Assembly (NCBI RefSeq): GCF_902459465.1
Contig: NC_047079.1
Coordinates: forward strand, 7,254,001 to 7,318,000
Origin: Asterias rubens
Taxonomy: Eukaryota
Direction of reading: 5' to 3'
Length of the DNA stretch: 64,000 bases
A model generated the notes under the pieces. It made no database searches. It worked only from the letters and a program-made list of their open reading frames with translations, and was not told the origin of the DNA. Positions 37,250 to 49,170 of this stretch are shown here, one piece after another. The position numbers and the translations under genes are program-made. Each line of letters begins with the position of its first letter. Position 1 is the stretch's first letter.

Positions 37250-37930
37250 CATTGGTCCATCCTGTGCACCGCCGCGCGTAGTAGCTGTTCGTTTATACTG
37301 TTTCATCAACGTTTTACCTTTTAAGATGGCTGCGTGATGACGTCATGGTCCGTCGATAGGCAGTACCGAAGTTGACCATGTGTTCATGATACCGTCCAAA
37401 TATTTCTGCTGCAAGTGAATTTGTTGGCAGAAGATTTTAATGGGCCAGTCTTGGCGACTAGTAAATTCTTCATGCATAAGTTTAATAATTTTGTGTAAAG
37501 GATTTGAAATTTAAGGGCCTTTTAGTAACGGTTACATTCGAAGTGCCTTTGGTTATGTGCAATATGAAGTAATAGCATTTTGCTGAGAATAAACTTTGTT
37601 ACTACATTTTTGGTTTGTCTTTTGTAAACTTCTTATTGTACATGCAAAGTAGAAATGCCTTAAAATTGTCTTGAGCAAGTTCGTGCACATTATTTTGTCG
37701 AGACAATTTAAAACAAACCCGTTCCCATAATGATAGCGTCTTATCGACCCCTCGGCGGCAACATGTATGTATGGGGATATTTACATACAAGGATGGGATT
37801 GAGGTTGGGGAAAAGTATCAAATGTTGAAAATGTGACATTTTCAACACAACCGAGTCTTTGACGTCACAAAGGCGTCGCTTGGAGTCGAAGCGCCAACGC
37901 GCGCGTTCGCGTGGGGGCACATCGCACACA
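37250..37930 (+). promoter_or_regulatory. CpG-rich promoter-like region with CRE and YY1 motifs
   Basis: Perfect TGACGTCA at 37338-37345 and 37860-37867, AAGATGGC at 37323-37330, and CGCGCG tracts in an otherwise AT-rich intergenic region. Confidence 0.45.
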
Positions 37931-38382
37931 ACTATTAGTGATGATCAGATGGTCAGTTTATTGTTTGGTACGAAAGAAGACGATGCTTACGTGTTGTGAA
38001 CGCTCTCTTTTTTACACAAACTAAGATGTAGACTGAAAAGTGTGTATGCGATCGCTAAAAAAGTGAGTTTAGAGTTCAATATATTCACATAATAGGCTTA
38101 TATTCGATGTCAGATGTCGACAAGTCAAAAAGGCTTTAAACGTTCTTATCATTGTGTTGTTTGTACCTGGGCAGTTTTCCAACTTGTAGTGATTTGTTTT
38201 GAACTCAAAGTAGTTGCTCAAACTACGTCTGTAACAATCTACCTCATACTATTGTAATACTTTTCGCAGTCGCAGTGGCTGGAAACATCGCCTGTTGTAT
38301 TGTAACCATCTCCATCCGTGGATGAAGTAACAAAAGATTCATCGCAGTAATTAAAACTTTGACCTCCACCAAGAGCTCCCCA

Positions 38383-38874
38383 ATGCACCATTCTCGGGCG
38401 AGATCCCTTCTACCAGACGTCAGTTCAGCCAAGGGGGATTCGAACCTCAACCCATCCGGTCTTAGAGTCCGTTACGACATTGCTGAACGCGGCCGCATGA
38501 AAGAGTTAAAGAGCTACCAAGCGTCCACCATCCTGAAAGACTTCAAACTTCCTCTCATCTTCAAGCACCCAGTAGTTGATGCGTCTACTACGACATCCTC
38601 AGATGAGCCTCACTCTCGTAAAACCACCAGAGCGAGGCTGCCATCCATCATGACTGGGAGGAATCGTCGGCAGCTTGTGCGGGATCCATTGACTCGCTCC
38701 TCCAATGTCGTCACTATCCCCTCCGTGGATAGGTTGAACTTTGGGGTACGAGGTTGTTCTAACCGTTATAGGCTAGAGGCTAGGGGAACGAAGACGGGTT
38801 CACTACTTAGGTATAGAAGTCCAGCTTCAGGCATGGCGGATACTTTTCCGGATGTGCCCCCTGGAAAACATTGA
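38383..38874 (+). CDS. Orphan 163-aa basic Arg/Ser/Thr-rich protein (single coding exon)
   Basis: Open frame 38326-38874 with first ATG at 38383; GC-rich relative to flanks; good upstream acceptor TACTTTTCGCAG at ~38269. No domain recognised. Confidence 0.5.
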   Translation: MHHSRARSLLPDVSSAKGDSNLNPSGLRVRYDIAERGRMKELKSYQASTILKDFKLPLIFKHPVVDASTTTSSDEPHSRKTTRARLPSIMTGRNRRQLVRDPLTRSSNVVTIPSVDRLNFGVRGCSNRYRLEARGTKTGSLLRYRSPASGMADTFPDVPPGKH

Positions 38875-39869
38875 TATTATAACAATTAAGTAGTCTACTT
38901 AAAGATGTCAAACTACAATTTTAAAATATCAACTAAAATATTAAACAAAACATCTCTTCACATATTTTGAGTATGCAGTCGTTAAAATTGCAAACACGTA
39001 TTGTGGGACTTGAATACAAAAACAAAACAAAACAAAAACAAAATCTTTTGTCGTCATAAATAACCGATAACTTTGGTAAACATTAAATACAGCACCGTGA
39101 ACAGTTTTGTGTGTGCCATCTCGCAATAGTGTGACGTCGTTTGCCTCAATGTGAATTTACGTTGTTGCATATTAATTTCTTGTTTATGTGGAAGCATTTC
39201 AGTGAAACAGTTTTTTAAAGGTGCCTCTATACATTCATCAATAAACAAATAGAAAATTGTACGAGACAATACAATGCAATCCAAAGATATTTACAAAAAA
39301 TATATAAAAATACGAAGTGATGCAACGGAAACATCAAACATTAATTTGTTTACGTCTGTAGTGTCATTAATTTATTATCTGTTTAACAAAACACAGCCTT
39401 AATTAAAAAGCCTTTTTCACGCGAGCAATTTAGCAAGGCTGAATGCGAAATTAAACCTAATGCAACTCGTGTAAAACAGAAACAAATCTTGTCTATAAGG
39501 TCCCTTGTGAAATATTCTCGATTGTGACAATTGAGAAAAAGAGAGGCGAGCTGTTTAATCATGAAAACATTGACCTGGGTGACAGGTTATTGGGTAAAAC
39601 TCCTGCTAAACCATTCAGTTGTTGACAAACTTATTGTTGGTTGTTGTGGTTGATTCTTGGTAATGTTCAATGTGGCTCAGTGAACAGCAGAGGCTATACT
39701 GTGATGCCAAGGACTTCAAAACTTATCGTATTTGTTTGCTAGTGATAATAAGGAGGTTACTGAACACACAAACACCATGCACAAACTGCGTTATCATTTT
39801 GGTTATGGTGAAGATCAGGGGCGGATCCAGGATTTCTCAAACGGGGGGGGGGGGGCGTGATTTATACGT

Positions 39870-40064
39870 GGCGACTCTGTAAGGGGGTGACTTTGTAAGG
39901 GGGTGAACTTTATAAGGGGTGACCTTGTAAAGGGATGACTTTGTCAGGGGCCGACTTTGTCAGGGGGCGACTTTGTAAGGGATGACTTTGTAAGGGGTGA
40001 CTTTGTAAGGGGTGACTTTGTAAGGGCGTGACTTTGTTAGGCGGTGACTTTGTAAGGGTGACTT
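39870..40064 (+). repeat. 15-bp minisatellite (GGGGTGACTTTGTAA, ~13 copies)
   Basis: Tandem units are visible directly; preceded by GGGGCGGATCCAGGATTT, a common MITE end. Confidence 0.85.
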
Positions 40065-41245
40065 CCTGCATGGACTCGCTCTGGATTTTTGGCGATATCG
40101 AAAAACGCAACCACCTTTTGAGAAAATACTTTCAGATGTTAGAAATCAAGTTATTGTACAGAACATAGTAGGGCCCTTATGCATTGTTTTCACAATGCGC
40201 TCATGCAACCTTGCAAACTTAAACACTATTGACAATACAGACAATCTAAAACCCCGGCGTGTTGACACATGGGATCTGATGATGACGACATAAGTTTTCT
40301 CCTCGAAACGGATGGGATTAAAGAATCAAGGTTGGGTACAAGGATCTATTGCCATTGCCAAGGACAGTGAAAAACAATAAAAAGCGCGACCCTAGAGTAA
40401 GTTAAATTAATTTTTGAAAAGATCTGCGTCTGGAGAATTATTTAACTTTCTCTAGTTTCATTGGACGGGAATCTTCTAATCATAGGTGAGTACATGTTCA
40501 ATGTTGGATTTCGATAGAGTAAAGCATTTTCGGAAACATGTTGTGAATCTAGCATGAAAATAGCCTTTTAAAAATACAAGAAAAACTGACTGCAGTGTTT
40601 TATCTTGTTTTTATTGGCATATTCATTTTATCTGATGTTGGACACCTTTACAACCAAACTGTCACCGTCGGTGTGAGACTTTGGTGTGTTGTTTGCCGTT
40701 TTTTTGTATGCCGTTTACAACCAATGCAAATAATGACCGCTCAAACGGTAGCTATAGGCCTATTACAACTTATCGCATCGAGCCATAAACTCATCTTTAT
40801 GTAAATTTCTGTGGATGGCTACAGTTTGATCGGATGATAAAAACAAAGCTTGGCCGTGTTAGATTATAAAAAGGGCTGCAGCTTAGAGTTTTAGGGAACT
40901 TTATTAATTAAAACGCACATTTTCATAGTGATATATCGGCCTACTACTCGTGAGTGGCATCGTGGCTCTAATTTATGATTGTATTAAGCAACGTGTATTC
41001 AATTAAACAAACCTTAATTGATATCACTGATATAGATCTGTTTTTGTTCTGTTCTAGGCTTCACTCATAAGGTTTGAAACCTTTACTCGTACGGCTCTAC
41101 AAGTTCTTCTTCGTCGGCAATTAAGAAAAACGAGTCAACATTGTCAATTTTATCCAGTTATTAGCTGCCGAAAGTACACCCAACGATCTGGACAATCGGA
41201 CAGCATCCTTATTGACTTTGAAAGTTCATTTTAGAGTTGGAAAAA

Positions 41246-43412
41246 ATGGCGTTTTTGAAATCTGTTATGTTCCTTCTGCTTGTCATGTGGTACTGCCTTG
41301 AGGTCATCCTAAAATCTGTTATTCCACGCCGCCTCCGAGCTCGCAAGAACATCGCCGGGGAAATCGTCTTAATCACGGGTGGGGGTAGCGGTATGGGTCG
41401 CCTCTTAGCCGTAGAGGTAGCAAAGCTCCACGCAACGGTAGTCCTATGGGACGTGAATGAGTCCGGGAACGCAGAGACTGTAGATGTGATTAGGAACCTC
41501 GGAGGTCAAGCCTTAGCTTACACAGTAGATGTAACGAAGTCTGATGAGGTTTATAAAGCAGCTGAGGTTGTGAGGCGTGAGGTTGGTGAGGTCACTGTGG
41601 TGGTTAACAATGCTGGTGTGGTGGCGGGGAAACCTCTACTGGAATGCCCAGATCACCTCATACGCAGGTCTATGGACGTCAATGTCATGGCACATTTTTG
41701 GGTAAGAACAATTTATTATTCCTAAAACATGCACTCTAAAAACTCCCGGAGAATAGACTCGGATACCTAATCCAGAGGTTCTGACCTATACTGTGGGTCA
41801 GGCTGACTCTTAAACTGGTTACAGTTTACGGTATATTTGGATTTTTATCTCGGGTTTTGATCCGTTTCTTGATCATTTTGACAAATCTGAGCCATGTGAA
41901 CCAGAAATGGCTCAGTCCATCGGGACCAGAAATCCGGGTCTTGACCCGGTGGTTTTAGAGAGTGCTCTTTCTTTAGCCTCAGGTTTTTTTTTATTTTATT
42001 ATTTTTGTGGCAAGACCTTTGCATTTGTAATCAACTGAAATTCCAGACGTTCAAAAAAACAATAACCTTTTTCCTAAAAAATTGTTCTTTATTTTTATTT
42101 TTTATTTTTTTTCATTTGTTTTTTTAATATATTTCTCAACATTTTAAAAATATATTTTTAAATTGAATTCCAGGTTCATAAGGCCTTCCTACCAAACATG
42201 GTGGCCAGAAATCGAGGCCATCTCGTGACGATCGCCAGCCTGGCCGGCTTTTTTTGCTTCAAGAACATGACAGAATACTGTGCGAGTAAGTTCGCCACTG
42301 TTGGCCTCCACGAGACGCTACGAATGGAGCTGGCACATAACGATTTACACGGCATTGACATGACACTGGTATGCCCTGCATTCACGGACACTGGGATGTT
42401 CAGGGGAGCCAAGTGTAGCAGCAAGTAAGTTCCTATAACGAGCAGCCATTTTGATTCTCCCCATTCAAATCAGTGTAACCAAACCAAGGCCGGAAGGGCA
42501 AAGAGTATGGTTCATTTTTGTACATTGCATATTAAATTTCGGAGACATAATAAATTATACTCATTTTGATACCGAAAGGTTTATTTTTTTTCACAATAAC
42601 AGCAAACAATTTCTGCATTAATGATTGTTTTCAATATTTTTGTTTCCAGGTTTCTGGAGCCAAAGTACGTAGTCAGTAAGATTCTAGAAGGGATGCTACT
42701 GAGGGAGAAGATGACGTGCATTCCAGGCTCCGTCTTCTGGACTGTCCTTTTAAAATAGTAAGTCAAGTTCATAGAGTAACATAATAAGAACTCTTAGATT
42801 GTCAAGTCATACTGCCACAATTTTGTAAACGCCGCATCGCCTAATTCGCCCAATGTGTAACACACAGGGGCGTTGATGCCCTAAATGGTACCACCAAGAT
42901 TGTGATGATATTTCATGTGGTAAATATATTTTTCTATACGCTATTCCTAACAAGTCATGCACGACGTCATCACTGTAGGCCAATAACGAAACTAACGACG
43001 CAGTTCCACCAATACACACAGCCCGCCCCTTTTTTCATTGACCAATCACCGCCGCAGAAAGGCTGCCCACCTTTTGGCGCTGCGCTTGTAGCCTCGTTTT
43101 GGATTACAATGATGACGTCATGCATATATTAAGAAAGGTGTACATCGAGTACTGAATTCATTAGTAAAAATCTGACACGTGATTCAAGAATCTGCCGCCA
43201 GATTCAAGTTTTAGTTTCGAACCTATAACTTGTACTGGCAAGGTATTTGACACTTTACTCATTTATAAACTCAGCTCTTCTTTTTGTGTTGTTCTCTTCT
43301 CAGCTTTATTCCGGAGAAACTGTCGCTGCTGATGCAGAGAGCCAGTGGGTTAGACCGAAGCATGGACACTTTTGTCGGGCGACAAAATGGCACGACACCA
43401 CCAAGACGCTGA
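41246..43412 (+). CDS. SDR16C-family short-chain dehydrogenase/reductase (RDH10/SDR16C5-like retinol dehydrogenase)
   Basis: Exons 41246-41701, 42174-42424, 42650-42757, 43304-43412(TGA). N-terminal membrane anchor, TGGGSGMG, LWDVN, NNAGV, VTIAS, catalytic YCASK, VCPAFTDTGMF and MDTFVG. Confidence 0.9.
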
Positions 43413-43789
43413 ATTTCCCGACGCTGTGGTGCAGGAATTTCTGTCGTCATAGATAGCGGACAATTTCAGTCACTTCTTTATCAGTACTAACAATAGACCT
43501 ATCATTCTGCCTCCATCTTGGTCATGCTCCTCGTATCGAATAACAATAGTGAATGCTAATAATCATTTTGCAAATAGGAACCAGACTATTTTGTTCTTTC
43601 AGCCTCGGTTTGGTAACATTGATATCATTGAGAGAACTTCAAGATGGCTGCACCGTGATAAATGTCTATAGTGACCGAGACGCTGTTTATCCCACCTCTA
43701 TTGTATCTCCACCTCCATGGAAAGTACGAACCACGAAGATTTCACAAAGAGCTATTTTTTATTATTTTTTTTTATTTTGGTCGCCTGAC

Positions 43790-43960
43790 ACACAAGGCCT
43801 GAAGGCCACTTCAAGGTGTGGGCTACAATGATTTTTTCCAGAGGCCGTTGCCACCTACTCCTAGGGCTGAAACAGGGTTACCCCTTTCACAGTCCACACG
43901 AATATAGGCTTGGGTATCATCAATTCGAAGCCTGGCCGGTAGAGCAGAAAGCACTACCTC
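43790..43960 (+). mobile_element. Dispersed repeat (uninterrupted copy of the host of the nested insertion at 61.3-64 kb)
   Basis: GAAGGCCACTTCA..GTGGGCTACAAT..CCGTTGCCACCTACTC CTAGGGCTGAAACAGG..AGAAGCCTGG..GCAGAAAGCA matches 61314-61380 joined to 63925-64000. Confidence 0.7.
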
Positions 43961-45261
43961 CCCAATTTTATATGATTGATCTTGTGTATTAATCTTATAT
44001 GCTAAGCAAAGTGTGATACCACAATACAGATCACTGTGGTGATGTTGATAACTCTTCTTAAGAATGTACTGCTTCGTGAAATTGAGTTACTGTATGTTCA
44101 CTACGGAATTATCAAATAAACAGTAGGATGCATCTCGTTGTTATAATTGGTAATATCCTATATACAAGAATAGTTAGTGCTATAACAACATAGCTTGGGC
44201 CCAAAACACAACGAACACAAAACAAAACATGACGTGGAATAATTTTCCTTTTTATATTGTTTTTTTTTGTGTGTCCCTTTTAAGAGTTTATTTATATAGA
44301 CATCCAGCTGCACGTAAAAGTCACAATTGTTGACTGAACTTTTTTCAAATAAGAATTTATCTAATATTTTGCGAAGAATTGTTTTTTAAATAATAATAAT
44401 TTAAAAGAACAACAAGTGGAATCAAACAATCTTACTTAAGTTAAAAAAATATTGATAACTGTTAACTACGATCGTATTTAAAAGCGTCTTATATTCACTT
44501 TGCCTGCTTTGAAAAATAAGACAAAGAAACGGAATAAAAAGAGCAATGTGCACGAAAACAAAATGTAATAGTAGCTAAAACGAAACGCTAGCTTTGAGTC
44601 TTAATACTTGTTAATTTATGAAATGTTTGTTTTGTGCTGAAAATCGGACGTGAAAATTTACAAAAATATGAATTATGATTTTAATGCTTTTCTGCCATAC
44701 AGCTACTTTAAAAAGACTGCTATAATGATGGTTATAATAATCTCATTTTAAAATTAAAGATGGTTCAACCACAAAGTACGTGGTTCATGTTTTAGATTGG
44801 TTTTTTTTGCCACACAGATAATAATAAAAGTGTATCCTAGGAAACGACTCAATCAGGCATCAAATGTCCTTCATTATGGTCTGTGATCAGATTTTTAGTT
44901 TAATGTCATTTCTTTCATCAATTAAAGCAAGTCTGTGTAAAATGTGTCCGTCTGAAATCTAGAGGAGCGAGATTTTTTATATATGTTTTGTATACAGCGG
45001 CTCGGGTTGGGCTGGTTTTACCATCTTTCCTTGACTTCCTCCTCCGCACGACCCGGTTCAAATCCTACCGGGGGCACTATTTTGTTTGGGTCGTTCGTTC
45101 CTATTCCGCAGGTTTATCTTCGCTTCATGTGGCTATTGGCTAAACTAAGTGATCAAGATTGCCTTTTTGAGATTTTGTTGATTAATGAATGAAGTTTCAG
45201 AAGAGAATGAAGCCATTTAAAAGTCAAACGAGTGTCACAAAGATGAGAGTGTCGTTCTCAC

Positions 45262-45987
45262 CTACAGCTCAAACAGGTGACAATTATCGTTAGCTTCGAC
45301 ATCTCCATCAGCAGCTTCATGACGAGTTGCGTTGTTCAGCTGACAAACCATCTTCCCTGGACCTTGCTTCATCAGCAGATTGAAGGAGCGACATCGGGGC
45401 TCTGATCGGCACGCCTTCCCGCACGACACCACACCATCAGCCCGTAACTCCTTCATGACGTGACCGACCAGACACTGGGACTCAACGCGGCCATCAGGAC
45501 CGGTCTGAAGGCTAAATACCGGGGTGCTGCTGATAACTGGGAGCTCGCAAACTGCGGAGTAGTTACGGGTGCATACCCGATCATTCCAGCCAGCGTTTTT
45601 CATTACCACTCCACAGTCGCCATTGTAAGCGTTATCAGGTTGCCCGTTTATCCAGTTCTTAAAATCTTCAGATTCCCCGTTAAGTGGGCAGAGCTGCCAC
45701 TCCCCCTCCACCTCGATGTCGTTACAGCCCATCCACAAATCTCCATCTATGTGCCTCTCTTCATGAAGTCGACCGATATAGTTGTTTTCAGCTCTAGAGT
45801 TCGGCACTGCAAGGGTTGCTCGTAACTCGGCACAAGTGCGATTTGCTTCAAACCACGTCATTTTGTTTGTCATCAGTAAATAATAACAAGACTCACCAAA
45901 TCGCTGCCAGTTCAGAGGGCATATTGCTGCCATCTGACGGCCGCAGTAGACGCCAAGAACAAGAAGGAACAAACAAGAGATTTTCAT
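45262..45987 (-). CDS. Secreted C-type lectin domain + PAN/apple domain protein, intronless (paralog 1)
   Basis: 241 aa. Signal peptide MKISCLFLLVLGVYC; CTLD (CP..WQRFGESCY, W.EA...C, LWMG, QPDN, DC, WND, VCE); C-terminal PAN (CLVGH..SCGKAC..CRSFN..CQLN). Confidence 0.92.
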   Translation of the reverse strand: MKISCLFLLVLGVYCGRQMAAICPLNWQRFGESCYYLLMTNKMTWFEANRTCAELRATLAVPNSRAENNYIGRLHEERHIDGDLWMGCNDIEVEGEWQLCPLNGESEDFKNWINGQPDNAYNGDCGVVMKNAGWNDRVCTRNYSAVCELPVISSTPVFSLQTGPDGRVESQCLVGHVMKELRADGVVSCGKACRSEPRCRSFNLLMKQGPGKMVCQLNNATRHEAADGDVEANDNCHLFEL

Positions 45988-46627
45988 TGTAGTAAAACAC
46001 AATCTTTAGTGGTCTGCAACTTTACTCAATTTCTGCTTCACTCTGTACCAAAATGTCACAGCTTCTGTGTATGTGTGATTATGACCAACTTGACACTCTT
46101 TCAATTGTCAATTTAAAAAACGCAAACACCAACAAACCCTAATCATTTACTATGACTACCGAATATTAGACCTCAAAACATGTGATGATTTAAAGGAGCT
46201 GTCGTGTTCGGTAAAATCGATTATTGCGACGAACGATCCTTTCACGAAGCATACTTTCTTGCATATTTTATTTGAAAGAAAATAAAAAACATGTTAAGAT
46301 GTGATTCGATGTGTCCAAAAAGGCCTTTGTTAAAATTGTTACATTTTAATGGTTTTATTGTTTTTTTATAATCTCGTTGGTATCTCAAAAAATGCCGTCA
46401 CGAAGTTTCTTTAATCAATAATCCAAGGTTTGCCCGCACAGTTCGGTACGTTATTAATCTCAGTGCGTTGTTAACACGTTCGGTCAGATGGCAACGACAA
46501 AAGGTACGTTAATATACGCACCATTACATTGGGCTGTACAGTTATGAACAAAGGTTTTGTTTTTGGCGATAACCGAAAATGCATTCTCCGTCCGCGGCAG
46601 GGAAGTTAATAACGCGAAGTGCCTAAA

Positions 46628-47007
46628 AGGCCGTGGACACTATTGGTAATTGTCAAAGACTAGCCTCCACAGTTGGTGTATCTCAACATTATGCATAAAA
46701 TAATGAACCTGTGAGAATTTGAGCTCAATCGGTCATCGAACTTGCGAGATATGAATGAAAGAAAAAAACACCCTTGTCACACGAAGTTGTGTGCGTTTAG
46801 ATGGTTGATTTCGAGACCTCAAGTTCTAAATCTGAGGTCTCGAAATCAAATTCGTTGAAAATTACTTCTTTCTCGAAAACTGTGGCACTTCAGAGGGTGC
46901 CGTTTCTCACAATGTTTTATACAATCAACCTCTCCCTATTACTCGTCACCAAGAAAGGTTTTATGCTAATAATTATTTTGAGTAATTACCAATAGTGTCC
47001 ACTGCCT
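46628..47007 (+). mobile_element. Kolobok-like MITE (~380 bp)
   Basis: TIR AGGCCGTGGACACTATTGGTAATT...AATTACCAATAGTGTCCACTGCCT; right flank TTAA (left TAAA). RR/YY ends plus TTAA TSD are the Kolobok signature. Confidence 0.8.
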
Positions 47008-48444
47008 TTAATTCCCCTTTGCTCGTTGGTTTCACTGACCACTGAGCTGAAGTCCTACACCAGCTCTTATAAGGTTCGTCTCCAAGTTGAAAAAATAGCC
47101 GGGTAAGGTCTTATATGAATTGGAAGTCACCTTAATCTCAAAGTGATGAGACGATGTTACACCGCAGACCGAATATTTATGAATAATTCACAATAATGTC
47201 ACAATCATGATTATAATAATGGTTTGCGCGTAACTTGTTGAAAGTGTTACACGACCCTTTACAAATTGACTTGGTTATCATAAAGAGAATGTGCCTATAT
47301 CAGTTAACCGAAAGAAAACGCGAAATAAAAAGAAAATACAATAAGCTATAATATTACGCAACGGTGACAATGTGGGTCTAAAAACTTGATGAACCAAAAT
47401 TGCTAAAACATTATACAAACCTGCATATTATGGCAGAGTTTAGTGGTACATCGGACTTACTTGAATTAAAATGACTACAATTCGGTAGTTTAACTAAAAC
47501 TTCATGAAACGGCGTCTAGAAATAGCGATAGCCCCCCCCCCCTCCATTGTGAGCTTTCTTACACGGCTGAAGTCAAAGGCAGTGCGTATAAGTACGGTAC
47601 AAAGTGAGCACAGAACTCCATAACGAGTTTCAACATAGATTTTCTTTGACGATTTATGATAAAAATGAAATACTTTGACTTTGTTTTTAGAAGTTCTGAG
47701 ACGTCTATATACGTTTTCAAAGCTTAACTACTGCTGCATTGGTTTCGATTTTCTTTTGCAATTGCATTTTCAAGTTATATAGATCTTCGAGTTAGAGTGT
47801 CGATACCATCACTTTACAACAACATGTTATTCGATACCACAGTAACGCAATTTGAGTTGTCTTGTTTCAGTTGATGTGCGCACGTGTTTTATTTTGAAAC
47901 TTCTGTTTAATGCAGGACTCGCAGGCATGCAAAAGAAAATATCATCAACAACAAAAAGGACACATTGAGGAATAATATAAGAGCGACTTGGCAACAAAAA
48001 AAGCTTTAAGAATTCAAGCCGCAGTTTGTAACTTTGAATATTGACTCCATATTTGAAGTTGATATGTGAATAATATTATCTTGAATGGTGTCACCCATTG
48101 ATAAAAAATGGTTATTTGTGGACAAATATTAAGAGTAAATGTAGTTCTGGACATGAGTGATATAATGGGCTTTATAACCAGGCTAGTATGCAACTAAAAC
48201 TGATGTCCCGAATGATCTAACCACAAAACACTTTATTCCACACGACTATAATGCTGTCATGTTAAGCAGCGCAGTTCCCGTAAGTCATTATATTGTTGAT
48301 TTGGCATGATTGTTCCGACGTTCCGTGATCTTGATGTTCAAACAGTTAAGAACACTGCGCATTACATCAACTGGTGCAGCGAATATTAACAATCAAAGTG
48401 TTCAGTTTAAAGATGAAAAATACACGAACTGCCTTGATATCTCG

Positions 48445-49170
48445 CTACAGTTCGTAGAAGTAGCACTCTTCTCTTGCCTTCATGTTTCCATCAGCAGCTT
48501 CATGACGAGTCGCGTTGTTCAGCTGACAAACCAGCTTCCCTGAGCCATGTTCCACCAGCAGATTGAAGGAGCGACATCGGGGCTCTGATCGGCACGCCTT
48601 CCCGCACGACACCACACCATCAACCCGTAGCTCCTTCATGACGTGACCGACCAGACACTGGGACTCAACGCGGCCATCAGGACCGGTCTGAAGGCAGAAT
48701 ACCGGGGTGTTGCTGACTGGCAGCTTACAGACTGCGCATAATTGCCGAGAACATTTGTGGTCGTCCCAGTTTGAGTTATACCTGCTAAACATAGCTGCGC
48801 AATCGGCATTTCCACTGTCATCGGGTTGATTTACTGACCAGTTTTCAAATCCAGTAGACCCTCCTTTAAGCGGACATGGCTGCCAATCTCCCTCCTCCTT
48901 AATATCATTACATCCAATCCAGAGACTTGACGGTTCTGCGACCATCTCTAAATAACGTCCCCAAATATAGTTGTGCTCAGAAATTGAGGTTGGCACAGCG
49001 AAGGTTGCTCGTAATTTAGTGCAAGTGCGATTTGCCTCCAACCATGTCATTGTTTTTGTTATAAAATAACAAGACTCACCAAATCGCTGCCACCCGGGAG
49101 GGCATAATGCTGCCATCTGACGGCCACAGTGAACTCCCAGAACAAGCAGGAAAACACCAACGATTTTCAT
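48445..49170 (-). CDS. Secreted C-type lectin domain + PAN/apple domain protein, intronless (paralog 2)
   Basis: 241 aa; same architecture as paralog 1 with QPDD and WDD motifs; PAN-coding half nearly identical to paralog 1. Confidence 0.92.
   Translation of the reverse strand: MKIVGVFLLVLGVHCGRQMAALCPPGWQRFGESCYFITKTMTWLEANRTCTKLRATFAVPTSISEHNYIWGRYLEMVAEPSSLWIGCNDIKEEGDWQPCPLKGGSTGFENWSVNQPDDSGNADCAAMFSRYNSNWDDHKCSRQLCAVCKLPVSNTPVFCLQTGPDGRVESQCLVGHVMKELRVDGVVSCGKACRSEPRCRSFNLLVEHGSGKLVCQLNNATRHEAADGNMKAREECYFYEL

Noticed and set aside
39910-40110. QSHPL-repeat protein ORF
   Set aside because: It is simply the translation of the 15-bp minisatellite; no gene context.
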